Source: Planctomycetota bacterium
GTDB taxonomy: Bacteria; Planctomycetota; UBA8108; SXIK01
Direction: 5' to 3'
DNA: 64,000 nt
Assembly (NCBI GenBank): GCA_965223845.1
Contig: CBDCXR010000004.1
Span: 1,056,001-1,120,000, forward strand
Shown here piece after piece: positions 18,539 through 28,605 of this stretch (within the stretch, counting starts at the first letter, position 1; each line of letters starts with the position of its first letter). Under the pieces are notes generated by a model. It saw only the letters and a program-made list of their open reading frames with translations. It was not told the origin of the DNA and made no database searches. Both the position numbers and the translations under genes were made by a program.

Positions 18539-20074
18539 ATGATCCATCCGCCCCTCGATACGATCTTCGCGGTGAGCTCGAGCCGTGGCTCGTCCGCGGC
18601 CGCCGTCGTTCGCCTGAGCGGTCCGAGTGCGGTGATCGTCGTCGCTCGGTGCGTCGCGCGAGCGACGGCTCGCCAGCTCACCGAGAGCGCCGGGTATCAC
18701 GGCATCGCGGTCCGCCTCCAAACGGGCGTGGGCGACGTGCCGGTTTGGGCGACGGTCTTTCGCCCACCGCGATCCTACACCGGCGAGGAGAGCGTCGAGC
18801 TGGCGGTCTGCGGGGGAGCCGTCGTCGTGCGTGCGGTCGCGGCGGCACTCTTCGCTGCGCATCGGGCCGATTCGCGCGAACGGATCGGCGGCGCTGGAGT
18901 GCTGCGGTGGGCGCGCGCGGGAGAGTTCACCGAGCGGGCGTTTCTTTCGGGCCGCATCGATCTCTCCCAGGCCGAAGCCGTCGCCGCTCTCATCGCCGCG
19001 AGCGGAGAGGGGGAGCTCGAATCTGCACGGCGATCCCTCCGCGGCGAGTTGCGCGCCGAGATCGATCGCATCGCGGAGCGCGTCGTCGAGACGACCGGGC
19101 TTCTCGAAGCCGCGCTCGATTTTCCCGACGAGAACCTCCCGAGCGTCGCGCCGGAGGTCCTCGCGGAGCGCATCGCGGAGATCGCGGGGCGGTTGGAAAA
19201 TCTCCGATCGCAGTGCGCGCTTCGTACCTCGGCCGACGGGACCTACCGAGTCGTCGTCGCCGGCTTCCCGAACGCCGGAAAGTCGAGTCTCCTCAATGCG
19301 ATCGCGGGAAGGGACGTCGCGATCGCTACGGAGACCGCCGGAACGACTCGGGATCCGGTGCGGACGACGACGCGAATCGGTGACGTCGCGGTCGAGTGGA
19401 TCGATCTCGCCGGCGTTCGATCCGTCGCGAACCTCATCGGCAGCGAGTCGGGACCCGACCGAGACCTAGCGCTGGGGCTCGACTGGGAACAGACATTCGG
19501 GGAGGCGAATCCCTCGTCGAGCGAGACGTACGGTGACTCGGAGCGGGACGCTTCACTCTGGCGTGTCGTATCGCGGCTCACGCGCGTCGAGCTCGGGAGC
19601 GCCGATCTCGTTCTCTGGGTGGTCGACGGATCGGCGGCGGACGCGGACGCTCAGGCCCGGGAGATCGACTCCCTTCCCGGCGCGGCAGCACTCGTGATCC
19701 AGAAGGCCGACCTTCTGCCCAGCGGGGCGCGGGAGCGCTGGCGGGAAGCCGGCGCCGCGGTCGTCTCCGCTCGGACCGGCGAGGGAATCGCGCGGCTTCT
19801 CGAACGCGCCCGAGCGGCGCTCGCGGGAGGCGGACCGGACGCGCCGGACCGAGAGCCGCCGCGGTTTCTCCTCAGCGTCCACCAAGAGGCGGTGTTCGAG
19901 CTCGCGGCCGAGGCGATCGATCGGGCCCGTCTCGCGCTCGAGGGCGAGCTCGGGTACGAGCTCGTGGCGGCCGACCTCCGGGACGCGCGGGCGGCGTTCG
20001 ACGACTGCACCGGGAGGGCCACCGCCGACGCGATCCTCGATCACGTCTTCTCCCGGTTTTGCGTTGGCAAGTGA
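18539..20074 (+). CDS. mnmE: tRNA modification GTPase MnmE/TrmE
   Basis: DTIFA, PRSYTGE, GEFTERAFLSGRIDLSQAEAV, P-loop GFPNAGKSS, GTTRD, C-terminal FSRFCVGK; follows yidC. Confidence 0.92.
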   Translation: MIHPPLDTIFAVSSSRGSSAAAVVRLSGPSAVIVVARCVARATARQLTESAGYHGIAVRLQTGVGDVPVWATVFRPPRSYTGEESVELAVCGGAVVVRAVAAALFAAHRADSRERIGGAGVLRWARAGEFTERAFLSGRIDLSQAEAVAALIAASGEGELESARRSLRGELRAEIDRIAERVVETTGLLEAALDFPDENLPSVAPEVLAERIAEIAGRLENLRSQCALRTSADGTYRVVVAGFPNAGKSSLLNAIAGRDVAIATETAGTTRDPVRTTTRIGDVAVEWIDLAGVRSVANLIGSESGPDRDLALGLDWEQTFGEANPSSSETYGDSERDASLWRVVSRLTRVELGSADLVLWVVDGSAADADAQAREIDSLPGAAALVIQKADLLPSGARERWREAGAAVVSARTGEGIARLLERARAALAGGGPDAPDREPPRFLLSVHQEAVFELAAEAIDRARLALEGELGYELVAADLRDARAAFDDCTGRATADAILDHVFSRFCVGK

Positions 20075-20271
20075 CCCGGCGGCCGTTACGATTCTGCTAA
20101 CTCTTTAAGAATCTTGATCTTCGGGCGGATCGGGAGGATGTTCGGATCGCTGGTCGGGGGAGGGGACGGGCGCGTGTTACCGGGCCTTTCCTCCGCCGGA
20201 CCTGGAGCGACCGGGCGTGGTGCCTCCCCGTCCGTGCGGATCGAGGGTGCTGGGCGACGGAGGGTGGACCC

Positions 20272-20820
20272 GTGCGCTGCCCGTACTGCAAGACCGACGA
20301 TGATCGTGTGATCGACAGCCGCTCGATCGGCGAGGGAGCGACAATTCGGCGGAGACGCGAGTGTCTCAGCTGCGAGAAGCGCTTCACGACGTACGAGCGG
20401 ACGGAGGTGGCGCCGCTTCGGGTGGTGAAGAAAGACGGCAGCTTCGAGTCGTTCGATCGCGACAAGATTCTGCGTGGAGTGACGAGGGCGTGCGAGAAGC
20501 GCAATCTGTCGCTCGCGCAGCTCGAGGGGTCGGTCTCGCGGATCGAGGCCCGCATCCTCGAGAAGTGCGACATCGAGGTGAGCACGAAGCAGATCGGTGA
20601 GATCGTGAGCGAGGAGCTCCGCGATCTCGACCACGTCGCCTACGTTCGCTTCGCGTCGGTGTACCGGGAGTTCAAAGACATCGAGCAGTTCCTCCAGGAG
20701 ATTCTTGCGGTAGCGCGGCCGGAGCTCGTCGAGCCGCTCCGCAAGGAGATCTCGGGGAACGCGGAGGGGAAGGGGCGCGATCGAAAGCGCGGGGGCGAGG
20801 AGGCCCTCGCGCGGAACTGA
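20272..20820 (+). CDS. nrdR: Transcriptional repressor NrdR
   Basis: Zn ribbon CPYC...RRRRECLSCEKRFTTYE, ATP cone, LDHVAYVRFASVY. Confidence 0.97.
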   Translation: MRCPYCKTDDDRVIDSRSIGEGATIRRRRECLSCEKRFTTYERTEVAPLRVVKKDGSFESFDRDKILRGVTRACEKRNLSLAQLEGSVSRIEARILEKCDIEVSTKQIGEIVSEELRDLDHVAYVRFASVYREFKDIEQFLQEILAVARPELVEPLRKEISGNAEGKGRDRKRGGEEALARN

Positions 20821-21017
20821 AACGAAGAGAAACGTCGCCACGCCGGCGGCGAGTGAAGGGATCGTTGAGGGTGAAGAGCGCCTGGTGAATGCACCGGGCG
20901 AAGCGACTCCGGTGGGCGGCGCCCGCCGGCGAAAACGAAAAGAAGTGACCGGTGCGCGGCACGTCCGGAGGAGTTCGGCGAATGCTAGCGCGCTCAGTGA
21001 CGTTCCGTGAGACGACT

Positions 21018-24000
21018 ATGTACTTGAAACGCCTGGAGCTCTTCGGCTTCAAGTCTTTCGCTGACCGCACCGAATTCCACTTCCGCGACGGGACCACCGG
21101 TATCGTCGGACCGAACGGTTGTGGCAAGTCGAACGTCGTCGATGCGTTCAAGTGGATCTTCGGCGAGCAGTCCGCGAAGGGGCTGCGGGGCTCGGAGATG
21201 AAGGACGTCATCTTCAACGGCACCCAACACCGCAAACCCGCGGGCTTCGCCGAGGTGTCCGTCGTCTTCGACAACACCAATCGCTTCCTCGACATCGAGT
21301 TCGCCGAAGTCGCGATCACGCGCCGGCTCTACCGGAGCGGCGAGAGCGAGTACCTGATCAACAAGGAGAAGTGTCGGCTCCGCGACATCAAGGAGCTGAT
21401 CATGGACACCGGGATCGGGCGCACGTCGTACTCGATCCTCGAGCAGGGCCGGATCGACGTTCTCCTCCAGGCGAGCCACTACGATCGGCGCATCATCTTC
21501 GAAGAGGCCGCCGGGATTTCGAAGTACCGCGCGAAGAAAGCGGAAACCCTGCGCGCGCTCGCACGAGTCGAGGACAACCTCACCCGTCTCACGGACATCA
21601 TCGAAGAGGTCGAGAAGCGCGTTCAGAGGCTGAAGCAGCAGGCGAGCAAGGCGCGCCGATTCCGGCGACTCACGTCCCGGCTCAAGGAACTTCGCGTGCG
21701 GGGAGCGGTCGCCGACTACCGCGATTCCCTCGAGGCGCGGGTCGCGCTCGCGTTTCGGCTCCACTGGGCTCAATTCCAAACCGACCGACTGGAGCGAGTG
21801 CTCGCGGCGCTCGGCGATAAGCTCGCCGAGAGGTTGGCCGACCGTGAGGCGATCGCGTCGCGATTGCGCGAGCAGCGAGAGAAGCTCGCCGAGGGGCAGG
21901 TGCTGCTCGAGCGGACGCTCCAGCGCATCGAGCACGGCGAAGAGCGGCTGAAGGAGTGCGAGGAGCAGCGGGCGCGCCGCGAGCATGAGAGCGTCGAGGT
22001 GCGCGAGGCCCTCCTCCGGCTCGGTGAGCAGATCGCCTCGGAGAGGGTTCAGCTCGAGAGTGTCAGCGGCGAGATCGAAGCGGGGCGGCAAGCGCTTGAG
22101 GCACGCGCTGCCGAGCGGGAGTCCGCGCGTCTCGAGAGTGACCGCACGCAGCAGGCACTCCGGGAAGAAAAGGACTCGCTGGTCGAGCTCCTTCAGAAGC
22201 GCTCGCGCGTCGCGAACGTCGTCGTGCAGATGACCTCGGAAATCGAAGGACTCGAAGCGCGCTCGATGCGGCTGCGTTCGAGTCTCGAGCGAGTCGCCGC
22301 CGACCTCGACGCTCAGAACGAGAAGCAGGACGCAGAGACTAAGCGGCTCGAGGGACACCGCGAGACGCTCCGCGAGCTCGAGACGGAACGTCAGGCGGAG
22401 GAAGAAAAGCTCTGCGCGCTCCGCGAGACGGAGAGCGAGCTCGAGGCTCGACTCGAAGCGACGCTTACGGAACTCCATCAGAAGCAGTCGAGATTCGAGC
22501 TTCTCGAGACGCTCGAAACGAACCTCGAAGGCGTCGGCCGGGGCGTTCGCGAGATCCTCCAGCGCGAGGCCGAGAGCGAACTGGCGCGAACCCACGGACT
22601 TCTCGCTTCCGTCGTTCGCACCGAGCGTCCGTACGCGAAGGCGGTCGAGGCGGTTCTGGGAGCTCGCGCGCAGGCGCTCGTCGTCGAGACGCAGGACGGC
22701 GCGATCGAGCTACTCGACGCTGTGCGCACGGAGGAACTCGGCGCGGTCGAAGTGATCTGTCTCGATCGTGTCGACATCGAGAGGTGGGGGCGGTACGCGC
22801 CTCACGAGGGCGTGCGGGGACCGCTCCGCGACTTCGTGAGCGGTCCGCCGTTCTTGAGCGAGCTCCTCGATCGACTCCTCGCGAACGTTCTCCTCGTCGA
22901 CGACTTCGCGACGGCGCTGAGCCTTTCGCGAAACGGCCTCCGACCGTTTCGACTCGTGACGCCGAAGGGCGAGGTGATCGAGCCCTGGGGCGCGCTGGCG
23001 ATCGGCGGCGAGAAGGATCTCGGCTTGATCTCACGGCGAAGTGAGATGGACGAGCTCGCGGTCGCCGTCGACGAGCTCCAGCGCTCCGAGGGCGAGATGC
23101 GCGATCGCCTCGGCGCTGCGCGCCACTCGATCCACGAACGACGCCTCGCCCTCGACGCGATCGGGGAGCGGGTCGCCGTGACATCGCGTTCGATCGTTCA
23201 GTGCGAGGAGAAGCTGACGGCCGGGGCGCGCGACCTCGAGCGGCTCGCGCGTGAGCACGCGATCGGTACGAAGGAACTCGACGAGCTCGCGCGGGACATC
23301 GCCGCCCGAACCGGCGAGAAGGCGGAGCGCGAGAAGGAGCTCGGCGACGTCGACAAGGACGTTTCCGCGTGCGAGCGGTCGATTCGAGAGTCGGAAGACG
23401 CGGTAGCGCGCGCACTCGAGGCGGTACAGGTGAGCGAGGAGACGCTCACGCAGGCGCGGCTCGGCGTCGCCCAGGCCGAGCGGCGCGAGGAGGGCCTGCG
23501 CGAACTGCTGCGACGACAGGAAGCCAACCTCGCCGAGCGCGAGGAGACGCTCGTTTCTCTAGGCGCCGCGATCGACGAGGAAGAGTCGCGACGGAACTCG
23601 ACCGAGGAGGAGCTCGAGGCGGCACGCGGGGAGCTCGAACTCGTCGAACAGCGAGTCGTCGCTCTCAGAGAGCTCGTCGAAGTAGACGAGGGTACGGACC
23701 GCGAGCTCGGCGCACTCGAGCAAACCTATCGCGACGAGATCGAGGAAGTGCGCCGCGAAAAGGAGCGCGTGCACGAGGAGCGGGAGGCGGCGCAGCTCCG
23801 CGACCAGGAGGAGCGGCACCGGCGAAACACGACCCTCGAGCGTCTCGACGAGGAGTACGGCATCGATCTCGTCGAGCTCCTCCGGTGGGAACCAGCCATC
23901 CGGCGTCACGTCGCGGAGCTCGAAGCCCGGGACGCGTCTCGGGAAATCGGCCCCGACGTCGAAGACGAGCCTCGTTCCGTCGGTACCGACTCCGGGACCC

Positions 24001-24860
24001 CGGCGGCCGCTGCCGGCGTGGAGGTCGAGGCGACTCCATCGGGCGAGGCCGACGCGAGCGACGACGCGTCCGCGCCGGCGGAGACGAGCGACGACGCCGC
24101 GCTCGCGCTCCCGCCCGGAATGCCCGAGGAGGCGCGGTGGCTTCTCCCCGACCCGGAGTGGGACCGTCAGGCCGCGCGCTCCGAAACGCGGGAGATTCAG
24201 GAGCGCGTTCGCCGAATGGGAAGCGTGAACCTCGCGGCCCTCGAGGAGCTCGAGGAGCTCGAGGAGCGCTATCGCTTCCAGAAGGCTCAGCGCGACGACC
24301 TCGAGGAGAGCGAACGCAACCTGCGCGGGATCATCGACGAGATCAATCAAACCAGCCGCGAGCTCTTCCTTCGTTCCTTCGAGGACGTGCGGAAGCACTT
24401 CGCCGAGCTCTTTCGCAAATGCTTCGGCGGAGGAAAGGCGGACCTCGTCCTCGAAGAGGGCGTCGACGTGCTCGACGCCGGAGTCGAGATCTTCGCCCGG
24501 CCGCCCGGGAAGAAATCGCTCTCACTCTCCCTCATGTCGGGAGGTGAGAAGACGATGACGACGATCGCTCTCCTCTTTGCGATCTTCAAATCTCGGCCCT
24601 GTCCATTCTGTATCCTCGACGAGGTCGACGCACCGCTCGACGAGGCGAACGTGCGGCGGTTCGTCGTTCTTCTTCGGCAGTTCGCGGACGAATCGCAGTT
24701 TATCGTCGTCACGCACAACAAGGCGACGATGGCCGAGACGGACATCCTCTACGGGGTGACGATGCAGGAGCTCGGCGTCTCGACGCGCGTGGCCGTCGAG
24801 CTCGAGTCGTTCGACGCGGAGCAGATGGAGCGCGAAGCAGCGAGAGTTCGCTCCTCCTAG
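21018..24860 (+). CDS. smc: Chromosome partition protein Smc
   Basis: MYLKRLELFGFKSF, Walker A GPNGCGKSN, coiled coils with hinge, signature MSGGEK, Walker B ILDEVDAPLD; start moved to ATG 21018. Confidence 0.97.
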   Translation: MYLKRLELFGFKSFADRTEFHFRDGTTGIVGPNGCGKSNVVDAFKWIFGEQSAKGLRGSEMKDVIFNGTQHRKPAGFAEVSVVFDNTNRFLDIEFAEVAITRRLYRSGESEYLINKEKCRLRDIKELIMDTGIGRTSYSILEQGRIDVLLQASHYDRRIIFEEAAGISKYRAKKAETLRALARVEDNLTRLTDIIEEVEKRVQRLKQQASKARRFRRLTSRLKELRVRGAVADYRDSLEARVALAFRLHWAQFQTDRLERVLAALGDKLAERLADREAIASRLREQREKLAEGQVLLERTLQRIEHGEERLKECEEQRARREHESVEVREALLRLGEQIASERVQLESVSGEIEAGRQALEARAAERESARLESDRTQQALREEKDSLVELLQKRSRVANVVVQMTSEIEGLEARSMRLRSSLERVAADLDAQNEKQDAETKRLEGHRETLRELETERQAEEEKLCALRETESELEARLEATLTELHQKQSRFELLETLETNLEGVGRGVREILQREAESELARTHGLLASVVRTERPYAKAVEAVLGARAQALVVETQDGAIELLDAVRTEELGAVEVICLDRVDIERWGRYAPHEGVRGPLRDFVSGPPFLSELLDRLLANVLLVDDFATALSLSRNGLRPFRLVTPKGEVIEPWGALAIGGEKDLGLISRRSEMDELAVAVDELQRSEGEMRDRLGAARHSIHERRLALDAIGERVAVTSRSIVQCEEKLTAGARDLERLAREHAIGTKELDELARDIAARTGEKAEREKELGDVDKDVSACERSIRESEDAVARALEAVQVSEETLTQARLGVAQAERREEGLRELLRRQEANLAEREETLVSLGAAIDEEESRRNSTEEELEAARGELELVEQRVVALRELVEVDEGTDRELGALEQTYRDEIEEVRREKERVHEEREAAQLRDQEERHRRNTTLERLDEEYGIDLVELLRWEPAIRRHVAELEARDASREIGPDVEDEPRSVGTDSGTPAAAAGVEVEATPSGEADASDDASAPAETSDDAALALPPGMPEEARWLLPDPEWDRQAARSETREIQERVRRMGSVNLAALEELEELEERYRFQKAQRDDLEESERNLRGIIDEINQTSRELFLRSFEDVRKHFAELFRKCFGGGKADLVLEEGVDVLDAGVEIFARPPGKKSLSLSLMSGGEKTMTTIALLFAIFKSRPCPFCILDEVDAPLDEANVRRFVVLLRQFADESQFIVVTHNKATMAETDILYGVTMQELGVSTRVAVELESFDAEQMEREAARVRSS

Positions 24861-25139
24861 CGGTCCATCCAAGAGGGCTTCGAGTCGAGAGCCGACTCGA
24901 TCGGAGTCCGATCGACCGCGGCGGGTGCAGGCGCCTAGTGCGCATTCCCTGACTCCGAGACTTCGTACAAGTCTTGGACAAGGAACGCTCGGCGTACGGG
25001 TTCGAAGCCTGAACGAATCGGGGCAGCGCGGCGTCCATCTCCAAGCCCGGACACGAGATGACTCGACGCCGGACGCCGCTCGCAGCGGACGACGTTCCGA
25101 TTCCGTTCGACGCTGCGTATGAAGAAGCACTCCCTTCGT

Positions 25140-25169
25140 TTGGCGCGTCTCGCGAAGCGATCCTATACT
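25140..25169 (+). promoter_or_regulatory. Putative sigma70 promoter
   Basis: TTGGCG-N18-TATACT, about 100 nt upstream of the pentapeptide gene. Confidence 0.35.
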
Positions 25170-25267
25170 TCTCCGCGTCTGCCTCGACGCAACGGGCGGC
25201 CTCGGGTCGCTCGAACGGGTGACCCTGGAATGTGGAGGGGGCTCCTCACTTCTCAGGGGAAACTCGA

Positions 25268-27493
25268 ATGGCAGAATTGACGCGGGAAGGCGTGCTCCAG
25301 GCCGTCTCCCAGGGGAAAACTCTGCGCGGATTCAATCTGCGTGGGCTCGATTTGGGTCACACGCGACTCGCGAACGCCAATCTAGAGAGTGTCGATCTTT
25401 CGGGAGCGAATCTTCAGGGTACGGATCTCTCCGGCGCGAATCTCTGCGGCGCGAACTTGAAGGGAGTGGACGCAGTCGGCGCAAACTTCGCCGGCGCGAG
25501 CGTCGATCTCGCGAACTTCGATCACGCCGAGCTGCGGCAGTGCGACCTTCGCCGCGTGAGTTTCGATTCGGCTCAGATCGTCGCCTGCGACTTTACCGAA
25601 GCGAACCTCTTCCGAGCGAAGTTCGTCGAGAACGACCTCAACGGCTCTGTTTTCGCGTCCTCGAATCTCGGCGGTGCCTCGTTCTCGAACTGCAACTGTG
25701 CCGGCGTGTTTTTCGCCGGCGCTCAGATGGTGAATACCGCCTTTCGCTACGTCGACTTGAGCGAGGCGGACTTTTCGCAGGCCCTACTTCGCCACACGAA
25801 GTTTCATTCGACCTCGATTCGCGGCGTTCGTTTCCACGGCGCAAAGTTCGTCGACTTCGACTTCAGTCGTATCGACCTCGAAGGCGTGGACTTCGCCGGC
25901 GCTGATCTCAGCGGAGCGACCTTTCTCGAAGGCTCCGTGCGCGGCGCGAGCTTCGAAGGAGCCAATCTCTCCCGGGTGAACCTCGAAGGCATGGACCTCC
26001 GCAAGATGAACTTTCGCGGGGTCGTTCTCTGCCGAGCCAATCTCGCGGGCGCCAATCTCGCGGAAGCGAACCTCGACCAGACTCGTCTCTCGCAGACGAA
26101 CTTCGCCGCCGCCGATCTTACCGGCGCAACGTTCCGTCAGGCGACTGGCAGCGGCGCGACGCTGCGCGGGGCGACGATCCGAGAAGCCGACTTCTCGCAG
26201 GCCGAGCTCGCTCACACCAGCTTTTTCGAAGCCACCGTCGAGGGGGCGAAATTCGACGAGTGCCGCATGGAGAACGCGAACTTCAACTCGGCGACGCTCT
26301 CCGATGTCGCCTTCTCACGCAGCGTCCTTCCGTGCTCCACGTACCTAGACACGCGGTTCGAGAACGCCAACTTTCCGAGCGCGATTCTCGAACGCGGCAC
26401 CTTCCGCGCGACGGTGTTCCAGCACTGCGCATTCGTCGGGACGGAGTTCCGACGTTCGCTGATGGAGGGGATTCGGTTCGAGAACCTCAATCACGAGCGC
26501 GCCGACTTCTACCGCGCGAATCTCACCGACGTCGTGTTTCGGTCCGGTCGACTCGAGGCGGCGAACTTCGACGCCGTCGACTGCCGAGACTGTCGCTTCG
26601 AGTCGGTGCAGATGAACGACGCGCACCTCGTCGCGAGCCGATTCACGAACGTTCGCTTCGACGACGTCTCTTTCCACGGCTCGCTCATCAAGGACAGCGG
26701 CTTTCGCGACTGTCGCCTGAAGTCCTGTGACTTCGGCGGAGTCGACCCGCAGGATCTGGAGTCTTGCGAGGGACTCGACAAGAACAGCTTCGTCGACTGT
26801 TCATTTACGGAGGAAACCGAGAGCGCGCGGGACATCGAAGAGAATACGACGATCCACATCCCGATCACGCCGAAAGATCTCGAGAGCCTCGAGTCGCTCT
26901 CGGCGCCCACCGCGCTGGATCCGTCCGAACAGTGCGCACAAACGCTCGTTCTCGATGGCGGGCCGTCGACCGAGCTCGAGATTCGATTCGAGTATCTGTT
27001 CCTCACCGCGGACGAGCTCGCCCGTTTCCTGCTCGGTGTCGAGCGACTCTACAACCGCGTGCTCCAGGAGATGCGAGACCTCGAGAGCAGCGACGTGCTT
27101 CCGGCGGAAGACCGCCTTCACGTGAAGCGCGTCTCCATCGAAGACGACGCGAGCTTCGTCTTTCGCGGAGTCGCCGGACCGCCGGGATCGGACTCGGTCC
27201 TCGAAGTCATCCGCGCGCTCTGGGAGACCGGTGGGGGGGCCGAGATCGAATCTTGCTTCAAGTCTCTCCACGCGGCGAGTGATGGCGACCCGCTGAATGC
27301 TCGCACCGAAGGAGCGGACGCTTCGCCTTCGGGCGAGCGCGTCGAGGAGCTTCGAGGGGAGCTCGAGAAACGCTGCGCCGAGCTTCTTCCGACCGCCACC
27401 ACAGACGGGGTTGAGGGAGTGGTCGACCTCTGTCTCCAGTTGCCGCGCGAGATCTTTCATCGCCGGCATCTCTGGAATCTCACTACGGCGTAA
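25268..27493 (+). CDS. Long pentapeptide-repeat protein with unknown C-terminal domain
   Basis: A(D/N)(L/F)xx repeats over roughly the first 500 residues, then a non-repeat ~230-aa tail; ATG 25268 preferred over GTG 25232. Confidence 0.9.
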   Translation: MAELTREGVLQAVSQGKTLRGFNLRGLDLGHTRLANANLESVDLSGANLQGTDLSGANLCGANLKGVDAVGANFAGASVDLANFDHAELRQCDLRRVSFDSAQIVACDFTEANLFRAKFVENDLNGSVFASSNLGGASFSNCNCAGVFFAGAQMVNTAFRYVDLSEADFSQALLRHTKFHSTSIRGVRFHGAKFVDFDFSRIDLEGVDFAGADLSGATFLEGSVRGASFEGANLSRVNLEGMDLRKMNFRGVVLCRANLAGANLAEANLDQTRLSQTNFAAADLTGATFRQATGSGATLRGATIREADFSQAELAHTSFFEATVEGAKFDECRMENANFNSATLSDVAFSRSVLPCSTYLDTRFENANFPSAILERGTFRATVFQHCAFVGTEFRRSLMEGIRFENLNHERADFYRANLTDVVFRSGRLEAANFDAVDCRDCRFESVQMNDAHLVASRFTNVRFDDVSFHGSLIKDSGFRDCRLKSCDFGGVDPQDLESCEGLDKNSFVDCSFTEETESARDIEENTTIHIPITPKDLESLESLSAPTALDPSEQCAQTLVLDGGPSTELEIRFEYLFLTADELARFLLGVERLYNRVLQEMRDLESSDVLPAEDRLHVKRVSIEDDASFVFRGVAGPPGSDSVLEVIRALWETGGGAEIESCFKSLHAASDGDPLNARTEGADASPSGERVEELRGELEKRCAELLPTATTDGVEGVVDLCLQLPREIFHRRHLWNLTTA

Positions 27494-27556
27494 GGAAGCG
27501 CAGTCGCGCGCAGGCCGAGTTGCAATCGGCGCGAAAGAGGGATGAGAGAGGGAAGG

Positions 27557-28486
27557 ATGTTGGAGTCTGAAGTGGTTCCCGTCGAGATCTTGGGTGTGAG
27601 CCAGACGGCCGCGGAGACACGCGAGTTCATCGCGCGAGTCGCGGGCGACCGGCGCCCCGTTCTCCTCTTCGGAGAGCTCGGCACGGGGAAACAACTCGCC
27701 GCGCAGGCGATCCACGAGCGTGGCGGACGTGATCGACCTCTCCTCGTCATCGACTGCTCGCTCTACTACGAGCGGGAGCTCCAACGCGAGCTCTTCGGGT
27801 ACGGCGGCAGCGACGGCAAGGAACGGAAGGGGGTTCTCGAGTACGCCTCGGGGGGGACGTGTTTCCTCTCGCGGATCGAGGAGTTGACTCCGGCGCTCCA
27901 GCGACGCCTGGTCGAGTTCGTCCGCACGGGGAGTTTCCGTCGACTTGGCGACGAGCGGAAGATCCGATCGACGGCGAGGCTCATCGCCGCAACCGAGAAG
28001 AACCTCGACGGGTTCGTGCGCTCGGGTCTCGTCAGCGGTGAGTTCTACGAGGTGATTTCAGAGAACCGCTACGAGTTGACGCCGCTTCGGAAGCGCCGGG
28101 AGGACATCCCTCTAGTCGTCGAAGCACTTGCCGCCAAGTTCGGCTCCTCGCGCGATCCGATCTCGTTCACGCCCGAGGCCATCGAGGCACTTCAGTACTA
28201 TCCTTGGCCGGCGAACCTCGACGAGCTGTGCCGCGAAGTTCAGCGTCTCGTCGAAGCGGGACTGCAGTCCGTCGGGAGCGAGCACCTCGCGATGGAAATC
28301 TCGAGCTACTGGTTCGGGCAACGCGGCGATCAAGAGACGCGCAAGGTGATCGAAGAGCTCGACGGCTACATTCGGGAGTTCGTGATCCTGAGTCGCTTGG
28401 GCTGCGAGTTCGGCGACGAGACGCAAGAGGACGGCTTCGGCTTGTCGAACGACTCGGATCGAAATCTCTACGACGAAGAATTCTGA
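27557..28486 (+). CDS. Degenerate sigma54-activator-type AAA+ protein (predicted inactive)
   Basis: Walker A GELGTGK and the RLIAAT/PLRKRREDIP framework are retained. GAFTGA, Walker B DE, Arg fingers and the sensor II Arg are missing. Start is 27557 or 27542. Confidence 0.85.
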   Translation: MLESEVVPVEILGVSQTAAETREFIARVAGDRRPVLLFGELGTGKQLAAQAIHERGGRDRPLLVIDCSLYYERELQRELFGYGGSDGKERKGVLEYASGGTCFLSRIEELTPALQRRLVEFVRTGSFRRLGDERKIRSTARLIAATEKNLDGFVRSGLVSGEFYEVISENRYELTPLRKRREDIPLVVEALAAKFGSSRDPISFTPEAIEALQYYPWPANLDELCREVQRLVEAGLQSVGSEHLAMEISSYWFGQRGDQETRKVIEELDGYIREFVILSRLGCEFGDETQEDGFGLSNDSDRNLYDEEF

Positions 28487-28605
28487 CCGCGCAAAGCCTG
28501 CGCGAAAACGGGGGGCGGAAATCGAGTTTCTCAAGCTTCATCCCATTCGACTCTGATATTTCCCGTGACGTCCGGAGCGGGGTGACGGACGCCGGAAAGG
28601 AACTT

